The notes below the pieces were generated by a model that ran no database searches, was not told the DNA's origin, and was given only the letters and a program-made list of their open reading frames with translations. A stretch of DNA of 64,000 nt. Origin: Spirochaetia bacterium (GTDB taxonomy: Bacteria; Spirochaetota; Spirochaetia; CAKZLE01). Numbering within the stretch: the stretch's first letter is position 1; every line of letters begins with the position of its first letter. Positions 57,233 to 64,000 of this stretch are shown here, one piece after another. The position numbers were made by a program, and so were the translations under genes. The DNA is taken from positions 1,504,001-1,568,000 of the forward strand of contig OY782041.1 of assembly GCA_963677595.1 (NCBI GenBank), in the 5' to 3' direction.

Positions 57233-58493
57233 ACGACAATATAAGATCACCTCAAGGACAGTAACTGACTTAACAGGAGCATTAGCTGTAGAGGTCCATG
57301 ATAATGAGACTCCTGAGTGGCTGCATACAGCCCATGTTGAAGCCCTGAAGAGCCAGATCAATGAGCTTACCGCACAGGTCAGGGAATATGAGTTATTGAG
57401 GAATGGCAATAAAACTGTCTCCATCAATTCAGACCTTCAGGACCTTCCATTATCGATGATCCGTGCACGGGTAGCCCACCATATGACACAGGCAGAGTTA
57501 GCAGCTAAGATCGGAGTCAGTGAACAGCAGATTCAACGCTACGAATCCTCCAGATACCAGGGAGTCAGTCTTTCCAGGCTCATTGAGATAACTACCGTGT
57601 TGGGCATCAGGTTCCAGGAATCCTGGGAGACAGGACAAGGACCCCAAGAGGATCTTATTCTTGTATGGAATGACCTCATTTCCCTGAATTGGAACAATTT
57701 CCCCATACAGGAGTTACTGCGAAGGGAATGGATCAGGACAGAGGATACGGTATCTTCTCTGTCAGCAATCCGTACCTTTATTGTTGGTTCATTCGGGCAG
57801 CAGCTTTCCCATACCTTCCAGCGGAAAAAATACCATGGGAGTAATACCCCGGATGCGTATGCTCTCCTAGCCTGGCAGGCCAGGGTGCTGAATACAGCCA
57901 GAGAGGAACTTGATCGAGGGGGTGTTCCTGAGTTCATCAAGAGGGATGATTGGCTCAACCAGATGGTATCGTTAAGTCTCTTGGAAGACCCCCTTCCAAA
58001 AGTCAAGCATGAGCTGCTGGCCCATGGGATAGTGCTGGTAATAGAAGAACATCTTCCTGGGACTTACCTTGACGGGGCAGCAATGAGACTAGAGACCGGC
58101 CATCCTGTTGTAGCTTTGACTTTACGGCAGGATCGTCTGGACCAGTTCTGGTTCGTGTTATTTCATGAACTGGCACATGTGTTCCTGCATCTGGATATCT
58201 TTATCGGCCTGGATTATTTTGATGAGTACGATACATGCAAAGGGGATTCCCTAGAGATGGAAGCGGAAATATATGCTCTTGATACCTTACTACCGGAAAG
58301 ATCCTGGAACAGCTGCATTTCCAGATCCCTGCCCACGGAGACTTCGATCAAGGCAGATGCTGATCGACTTGGCATCCACCCCAGTATCATTGCCGGCAGG
58401 ATCAGGAAAGAACACATCGATGTCCCACTACCCCCTTCCCTGGTGGGGCTGCATTCGGTGAGAAAACAGTCCGGACTGGGAAAAGCACAGTAA
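57219..58493 (+). CDS. XRE-HTH + ImmA/IrrE (DUF955) metallopeptidase-domain protein, HigA-like antitoxin/regulator
   Basis: MILNERQY N-terminus, MTQAELAAKIGVSEQQIQRYE HTH, LPGTYLDGAA, FWFVLFHELAH (HExxH), ExEA. Confidence 0.88.
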   Translation: MILNERQYKITSRTVTDLTGALAVEVHDNETPEWLHTAHVEALKSQINELTAQVREYELLRNGNKTVSINSDLQDLPLSMIRARVAHHMTQAELAAKIGVSEQQIQRYESSRYQGVSLSRLIEITTVLGIRFQESWETGQGPQEDLILVWNDLISLNWNNFPIQELLRREWIRTEDTVSSLSAIRTFIVGSFGQQLSHTFQRKKYHGSNTPDAYALLAWQARVLNTAREELDRGGVPEFIKRDDWLNQMVSLSLLEDPLPKVKHELLAHGIVLVIEEHLPGTYLDGAAMRLETGHPVVALTLRQDRLDQFWFVLFHELAHVFLHLDIFIGLDYFDEYDTCKGDSLEMEAEIYALDTLLPERSWNSCISRSLPTETSIKADADRLGIHPSIIAGRIRKEHIDVPLPPSLVGLHSVRKQSGLGKAQ

Positions 58494-58527
58494 GGAACCG
58501 CTCTTCAACCTGAATCAAACGTAATGA

Positions 58528-58562
58528 CGGGGCCATACCCTCCTTACGAGAATACGGCCCCG
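58528..58562 (-). terminator. Probable terminator of gpmI
   Basis: Minus-strand stem CGGGGCCGTATTCTC/GAGGGTATGGCCCCG with G-U pairs. Confidence 0.55.
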
Positions 58563-58583
58563 CTCGTTCTTATCAGATACTGT

Positions 58584-60236
58584 CTACTTGAACTTCAGCA
58601 CGCTCTGGTCGTAATCCTCCGGTGCCTCGAAGCCGAGCATCTCGATACAGGTCGCTGAGAGCGAGCTGATCCCGAGTCCCTCGTTGAGTTCGAGTTCGTA
58701 CTCTCCCGCATAGGCAGGGTCGTAGATGATGCAGGGAACCGGGTTGAGGGAGTGTGCGGTCTTTGCGGCAGGCTTCCCGTCATCCTTGATCTTCACTGAA
58801 CCGTTCTTCTTGTTATGCTCGAACATATCATCGGAGTTCCCGTGGTCAGCGCTGATGATCATCACGCCGCCTGCGGCCTCGATGGCCTTCTTGATCCTGC
58901 CGATCTGCAGGTCCATGGCCTCCATGGAACAGATGACTGCCTCATACACACCGGTATGGCCTACCATGTCGCCGTTCGGGAAGTTGAGCTTGATCAGCTG
59001 GTACTCACCTGACTGGACCTCAGCGATCACCCGGTCGGCGATCTCCGCACACTTCATCCACGGCCGCTGCTCGAAGGGGAGGATGTCAGACGGGATCTCG
59101 ACATACTCCTCGAGCTCCTCGCTGAACTTACCGCTCTTGTTCCCGTTGAAGAAGTAAGTGACATGGCCGAACTTCTGGGTCTCGCTGATGGAGAACTGCT
59201 TCACCCCTGATGCACAGAGGTACTCAGCCATCGTCCGGTCGATCGAGGGGGGTGAAACAAGGTACTGCTTCGGGACATGGAGGTCACCGTCGTACTCCAT
59301 CATCCCGGCATACTCGACCTTCGGGACACGAACCCGGTCGAACTCCTTCAGTTCCGCAGCCTCGAAGGCCTTGGTGATCTCAAGCGCCCGGTCTCCCCGG
59401 AAGTTGAAGAGGATGACGCTGTCGCCGTCCTGCATCGCACCAACCGGCTTCCCGTCTTCGGCTATGACGAATGGGGGAAGGTCCTGGTCGATCGCACCGG
59501 TCTCATTCCTGAGCGTCTCGATCGCCTCATGGGCTGAGGGGAACATCCTCCCCTCACCAAGGACATGGGTATGCCAGCCCCTGTGGACCATCGACCAATT
59601 TGCGTTGTACCGGTCCATGGTGATCACCATCCTCCCGCCGCCGGAAGCGATCTTCGCGGAGAAGGAGTCATCACTCTGTTCCTTGCAGAACTCATCGAAG
59701 GGGTCGAAGTACTCGAGTGCCGAGGTCTCGCCGACATCACGTCCGTCGAGCAGTCCATGGACCCTGACGGCCTTCACACCGGATTCCTTCGCTTTCAGGA
59801 CCATCGACTTCAGGTGGTTGATGTTCGAGTGGACATTCCCGTCGGACATCAAGCCGATGAAGTGAAGGGTACCTTCTGAATCGAGGCAGTTCGCTACCAG
59901 CTTCTTCCAGACGTCCCCCTCATAGATCGCCCCGGTCTCGATCGACTGGCCGACGAGTTTCGCACCCTGTGCGAAGACCCTGCCGCAGCCGATGGCATTA
60001 TGCCCTACCTCGCTGTTCCCCATGTCATCGTCTGAAGGGAGGCCGACAGCAGTGCCGTGGGCCTTGAGCTTGGTCCAGGGTGAGACTTTGTAAAGATCAT
60101 CAAGTGCCTCAGTATGTGCTGCAAGGACGGCATCCCCCTCTGCATACTTGCCGAACCCGACACCATCCATGATCATCAGGACTACCGGTCCCTTTCTTCC
60201 TGGGAACTTCGCGTGCTTCCGTAAAGCTTCTACCAT
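58584..60236 (-). CDS. gpmI: 2,3-bisphosphoglycerate-independent phosphoglycerate mutase
   Basis: MDGVG, MGNSEVGH, SDGNVHS, DGRD, NFRGDR, SETQKFGHVTYFF, NGDMVGHTG, ADHGN. Confidence 0.96.
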   Translation of the reverse strand: MVEALRKHAKFPGRKGPVVLMIMDGVGFGKYAEGDAVLAAHTEALDDLYKVSPWTKLKAHGTAVGLPSDDDMGNSEVGHNAIGCGRVFAQGAKLVGQSIETGAIYEGDVWKKLVANCLDSEGTLHFIGLMSDGNVHSNINHLKSMVLKAKESGVKAVRVHGLLDGRDVGETSALEYFDPFDEFCKEQSDDSFSAKIASGGGRMVITMDRYNANWSMVHRGWHTHVLGEGRMFPSAHEAIETLRNETGAIDQDLPPFVIAEDGKPVGAMQDGDSVILFNFRGDRALEITKAFEAAELKEFDRVRVPKVEYAGMMEYDGDLHVPKQYLVSPPSIDRTMAEYLCASGVKQFSISETQKFGHVTYFFNGNKSGKFSEELEEYVEIPSDILPFEQRPWMKCAEIADRVIAEVQSGEYQLIKLNFPNGDMVGHTGVYEAVICSMEAMDLQIGRIKKAIEAAGGVMIISADHGNSDDMFEHNKKNGSVKIKDDGKPAAKTAHSLNPVPCIIYDPAYAGEYELELNEGLGISSLSATCIEMLGFEAPEDYDQSVLKFK

Positions 60237-60240
60237 TACA

Positions 60241-61197
60241 TTACTCCTTCGTGAGAAGATCTTCGGTCACCCCGAAGTTCTCGTATCGTTCTATATTACC
60301 TTCCGGTTCGACATGGATCGTCACGTCATATATCTGGGGGATAGCCTTCCGGAGGGCTTTCTCCGTCTCTATCGCTATCCCGTGCCCTTCTGCCACTGTC
60401 AATGAACCGTCCACTTCAATATCCATATCAATTATATAGACATTATTCAACTTCCTGATCCTGGTTTTATGCGGATTGACCACCCCAGGGACCTCCCGGG
60501 TCACCTTGAAGACCTGCCCATAGATCTCGGGTGAGTCCAGCCCATCCATGAGCTCTACCGATGCCTCCGAGAAGATCTCGAAGGCGGACTTCAGGATCCA
60601 GAGGCTGACGATGATGGTGGTGACCCGGTCGAGGATCGGCAGGTCCAGCACGATGGTGAAGAAGACCCCGACCAGGACGCTGACCGAGATCAGGACATCG
60701 TTCACCATGTTCTTTGCGTCAGCCATGAGCATGGAACTCATGACCTTCTTCCCCGCCTTATGCTTGTTCAAGGCAAGGAGGACCTTCCCGACGATCGAGA
60801 TCCCGATCGCCACGAAGGCCACCGAGGTCGGGACCTCCCTCACTTCCCCGCTGACCAGCTGCTTCACCGCAGTGAGCCCGAGCTGGGCACCGGCGAAGAA
60901 GATGATGAACGAGAGGAGTTTGGTCGCGATCGTCTCGGCCCGAGCATGTCCGTAGGGGTGCTCGAGGTCTGGAGGCTTGTTCGAGATCCTTCCCGTGAAC
61001 AGGGTGATCCCCGAGGTGAGCACATCGGTCGAGGAGTCTATACCGTCCCCGATGAGGGCGAAGGAACCGCTGATGAACCCGATCACGATCTTGATCACGG
61101 AGAGCAGCAGGTTCCCGATGATCCCTATCCAGGAAGTCCTCCGGATGATCCGCTCCCGCTGTTCACCTACAGCGGTGCTGTCTTGGCTCCCAGCCAT
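60241..61197 (-). CDS. Cation diffusion facilitator transporter (FieF-like)
   Basis: DGIDSSTD, KPPDLEHPYGHARAE, C-terminal dimerisation domain ..IHVEP. Confidence 0.9.
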   Translation of the reverse strand: MAGSQDSTAVGEQRERIIRRTSWIGIIGNLLLSVIKIVIGFISGSFALIGDGIDSSTDVLTSGITLFTGRISNKPPDLEHPYGHARAETIATKLLSFIIFFAGAQLGLTAVKQLVSGEVREVPTSVAFVAIGISIVGKVLLALNKHKAGKKVMSSMLMADAKNMVNDVLISVSVLVGVFFTIVLDLPILDRVTTIIVSLWILKSAFEIFSEASVELMDGLDSPEIYGQVFKVTREVPGVVNPHKTRIRKLNNVYIIDMDIEVDGSLTVAEGHGIAIETEKALRKAIPQIYDVTIHVEPEGNIERYENFGVTEDLLTKE

Positions 61198-62942
61198 CGC
61201 AGGGCCTCCTTATCAACTGATCCTTCAAGCTGCCCATACACCCAGCGGTGGTAGGCATCTACCTGCTCGATCTCTTCCGGTGTGAGGAGGGAGCGGTCTA
61301 TGAGTCTCCGCTCATAGGGGCATACTGTCAGGTTCTCGAAGGCCAGGAAGGACCCGAATGCTGTCGTCTCCCCCTCGACCACATAGACCAGGTTCTCGAT
61401 CCTGATCCCATGCTCCCCCTCCCGGTAGAGGCCTGGCTCGTTCGAGACCACCATGCCCGGTCTCAGGGGTACCGTGACCGGGTGGGGGCTGACCCTCTGG
61501 GGGCCTTCATGGACATTGAGCATATGGCCTACGCCGTGGCCCGTCCCATGCCCGTAGTTCATCCCCTCATTCCACATCAGCATCCGGGCGACGGTATCGA
61601 GCTGGTACCCGCAGGTACCTGCTGGGAACTTCTGTCGTCCCAGGGCAAGATGGGCCTTGAGCACCATCGTGTAGTCATGGATCTCCCCAGTCGTCGGCTC
61701 CCCGAAGAGCAGGACCCGCGTCACGTCAGTCGTACCGCCCCGGTACTGTCCGCCGGTATCGAGGACCAGGAGGCCGCTCCCCTCGAGGGCTGCTGCCGAC
61801 TCTTCAGTCGCAGCATAATGGGCCAGTGCCCCATGCCCGCGGAAACCGGCTATGGGGGAGAAGCTCTCCGTGATGAACAGCTCCTGCCGCTTCCTGAAGG
61901 CAAGCAGCTTCTCAGCCAGCAGGATCTCATCCAGCGGCTCTGCGGATGGGTCCCACTGCTCATCGACCCAATGGCGGAAACTGACGAGGGCAGCACCGTC
62001 CTGTCGATGGCTCTCGCGCATACCTTCAAGCTCGACCTCGTTCTTCGTACTCTTCAGGTCCGTGGTGATATCCCTGCCTGAGATGACTTTAGTCGATGCG
62101 TCGAATGCCGCGTAGAGCGCCATATTCACCCGTTCGGGGCAGAGGTAGACCGACAGCTGCCCGGCGGCCAGTTCCTTCAGCCGAAGGACTGCTTCCTCGT
62201 AGGGGTGAAGGATCACCTCATCAGAGAGGGAGTCTATCTTTTTTAGCATCTCCATATTCCCGAACAGGTGGACTTCATCTGCGGTGATGTAGGTGTATGC
62301 GAGGAAGAGCGGGTTGTACGATACATCCCCTCCCCGCAGGTTGAGCAGCCAGGCGATGTCGTCGAGGCTCGAGATGAGCACCGATGCAGCCCCTTTCGCG
62401 GCAGCTTCCCTGCGGACCAAGCCGATCTTATCCTTCCGGCTCATCCCCGTCAGGGAGAGCGGGAGTTCGGTGACAGGCTCCCCGGGGATTGCGGGACGGT
62501 CGGTCCATATGGGCAGCAGCAGGTCCCGTGTTACCTTCAGGGAGATCCCCTTTGCGGAGAGGGTATCGGCAAGTTCCCGATACTGGGCGATACTCACCTC
62601 ATCGGCAAAGACACCGACGGCAGCATCTTCCTCCAGGATTCCCGTAAGCCACTGGGGGTAGTCAGGGACATCGGGCATGCCCATCCTGAACAGGGTGACC
62701 CCTGACCCCTCGAGCTGACCGGCAGCCTGGATGTAATAGCGGGAGTCAGTCCATAACCCTGCTTCTCCTGCCGTCACGACCACCGTACCGGCTGAGCCGG
62801 TGAACCCCGTGATCCATTCCCTCGACCGCCATCGATCACTCACATATTCACTCTGATGGGGATCCGTCCCGAAGATGATCACAGCATCGAGCTGCTCCTC
62901 CCTCATCTGGTCCCTCAGTGCCTCTATTCGATCAGTCATCAT
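61167..62942 (-). CDS. Aminopeptidase P family (M24B) protein
   Basis: DPHQSEY, GFTGSAG, DTGGQY..GTTDVTR, HGTGHGVG, VHEGP, SNEPGLY, GIRIEN. Confidence 0.93.
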   Translation of the reverse strand: MMTDRIEALRDQMREEQLDAVIIFGTDPHQSEYVSDRWRSREWITGFTGSAGTVVVTAGEAGLWTDSRYYIQAAGQLEGSGVTLFRMGMPDVPDYPQWLTGILEEDAAVGVFADEVSIAQYRELADTLSAKGISLKVTRDLLLPIWTDRPAIPGEPVTELPLSLTGMSRKDKIGLVRREAAAKGAASVLISSLDDIAWLLNLRGGDVSYNPLFLAYTYITADEVHLFGNMEMLKKIDSLSDEVILHPYEEAVLRLKELAAGQLSVYLCPERVNMALYAAFDASTKVISGRDITTDLKSTKNEVELEGMRESHRQDGAALVSFRHWVDEQWDPSAEPLDEILLAEKLLAFRKRQELFITESFSPIAGFRGHGALAHYAATEESAAALEGSGLLVLDTGGQYRGGTTDVTRVLLFGEPTTGEIHDYTMVLKAHLALGRQKFPAGTCGYQLDTVARMLMWNEGMNYGHGTGHGVGHMLNVHEGPQRVSPHPVTVPLRPGMVVSNEPGLYREGEHGIRIENLVYVVEGETTAFGSFLAFENLTVCPYERRLIDRSLLTPEEIEQVDAYHRWVYGQLEGSVDKEALRWLGAKTAPL

Positions 62943-63015
62943 ACACACCTCTTTCTGTTCAACACGTGCCGTTCCTTCCAAGATACTTCTTCAGGGGGAA
63001 AAGGTATAGGTATAA

Positions 63016-63510
63016 TCACAGAACTTCCCGCTTTTGCAGCGCCTCGAACATCAGGGCCACAGCCGGGCAGTGCCTGCTGTTGATCACGGTCTGCCTGATA
63101 TAGCGGTGGATGTAGCGCTGGTCGGTATGGGGGTACTCCCTGCAGGCTTTCGGCCGCTCGGCATAGATAAGGCACCGGTTATCTCCGCAGAGGAAGGGGC
63201 AGGGATGCTCCCTGAAGATATAGTCACCGTCCTCATCGAGGAGGAGGTATCCCTCGATGACCTCTTTCCGTTTGAGTTTCAGGGCCTTCCCCACCCTCTC
63301 GATGTCCTGCTCGTTGAGCCTGGGGCCGACTGCTGCACAGCAGTTGGCACAGTCGAGGCAGTCGATCCGGCTGAAGGCCTCATCATGCAGTTCCTGAAAC
63401 AGCGCCTGGAGCTGTTTCGGCTTCATCTTCTTCAGCTGCTTCCCAATCTGGGTGATCTGCTGCCGGCGGCTGACCGCCCGCTCGAGGATCCGCTCATACT
63501 CAGCTGTCAT
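63016..63510 (-). CDS. YkgJ family cysteine-cluster protein
   Basis: DCLDCANCC, PCPFL, CLIYxxRPxACRxYPH; start at MTAEYE. Confidence 0.88.
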   Translation of the reverse strand: MTAEYERILERAVSRRQQITQIGKQLKKMKPKQLQALFQELHDEAFSRIDCLDCANCCAAVGPRLNEQDIERVGKALKLKRKEVIEGYLLLDEDGDYIFREHPCPFLCGDNRCLIYAERPKACREYPHTDQRYIHRYIRQTVINSRHCPAVALMFEALQKREVL

Positions 63511-64000
63511 AGAGCTCTTCCATGGAGAACCGGGCGATCGTGAGGTCCCCGCTCCTGATGACCTGTGCCTCCTGGCCGTGAAGATAGATCTGCCCGATCT
63601 TCTGGCCGTCGGCAACATTGAGGAAGACCAGCCCTTTGGCGGGGATACGGCTCTCAAGCTCGATGTACACATTGAACGTGACCCCGTCCCGCTCGTCTAT
63701 CACGTAGTGGGAGTGGATCTCCGAAGCGGGAAAGAGCCTCCCGGTCGTCCCTACCACCCCCCAGGGAGCAGTGTCTGCCTGGTAGAGGCAGATTGACGAG
63801 TACCCCCGGAGCGTGATCTCCTCCCCTGCCGGGTGGAGGACACACTCCTCTGAGAGCGTGCTCTCGAACCAGTACGTCCCCTGTTCAGGGACACGGGCAC
63901 TCCGCTGCATCGGGGAGAGGTTGGCGAGGACACAGTAGGCCTTCCCGTCGATCGAGGCGGTGATCCGATAGCAGTCCCGCTCGTGTGTTATCGCGTGTAT
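63500..64000 (-). CDS. Hypothetical protein, C-terminal part (5' end outside the window)
   Basis: Open frame continues to the window edge; stop overlaps the YkgJ start region. Confidence 0.55.
   Translation of the reverse strand: MHAITHERDCYRITASIDGKAYCVLANLSPMQRSARVPEQGTYWFESTLSEECVLHPAGEEITLRGYSSICLYQADTAPWGVVGTTGRLFPASEIHSHYVIDERDGVTFNVYIELESRIPAKGLVFLNVADGQKIGQIYLHGQEAQVIRSGDLTIARFSMEELYDS

Noticed and set aside
49081-58493. Integrase, transposase, IS ends or a tRNA att site for the islets
   Set aside because: No recombinase or transposase ORF, terminal inverted repeats or tRNA-like sequence recognised.
416-63933. Many long opposite-strand or alternate-frame ORFs (e.g. 11102-12352+, 16778-18115+, 41181-42083-, 61248-62081+)
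   Set aside because: Shadow ORFs of well-supported genes in high-GC DNA; no motifs of their own.
1-64000. CRISPR arrays, tandem repeat arrays, rRNA or tRNA genes
   Set aside because: None seen on reading; intergenic gaps are short and otherwise explained.

Overview
High-GC bacterial chromosomal window, probably Spirochaetota (spirochete-style signal peptides such as WAQGQKE and FAAAQQE, spirochetal lipoboxes, DAHP synthase-prephenate dehydratase fusion; taxonomy is inference). 1-11.4 kb: mixed housekeeping and signalling genes. 11.4-18.4 kb: a minus-strand methionine operon joining the methanogen-type homocysteine route (DUF39 sulfurtransferase, NIL-ferredoxin, UPF0280/ApbE-like) to metH and metF. 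19.4-37.5 kb: a divergent anaerobic cobalamin cluster. Its leftward arm sits under a cobalamin riboswitch (cbiA,C,D,E,L,F,G,H, a Btu/Fec-type importer, an ABC-2 exporter and an unannotated 36-aa Cys-rich ORF). Its rightward arm is cobQ-cbiB-cobD-cobU-cobT-cobS-cobC. 37.6-49 kb: housekeeping genes. 49.1-56.7 kb: an AT-rich sugar-utilisation island (uncharacterised 655-aa putative glycosidase, GH1-like enzyme, ABC importer, ArsR-type regulator). It is bracketed by a 125-bp direct repeat of the 3' end of a DUF401 gene and has no integrase. Next comes a second islet: a frameshifted nucleotidyltransferase (DUF6932-like) pseudogene and an intact XRE-HTH/ImmA-IrrE protein under a palindrome-covered, leaderless promoter, resembling a decayed toxin-antitoxin module. 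The window ends with gpmI, a CDF transporter, aminopeptidase P and a YkgJ-family gene. No rRNA, tRNA, CRISPR or transposase was recognised. All family calls come from motif recognition, not database searches.
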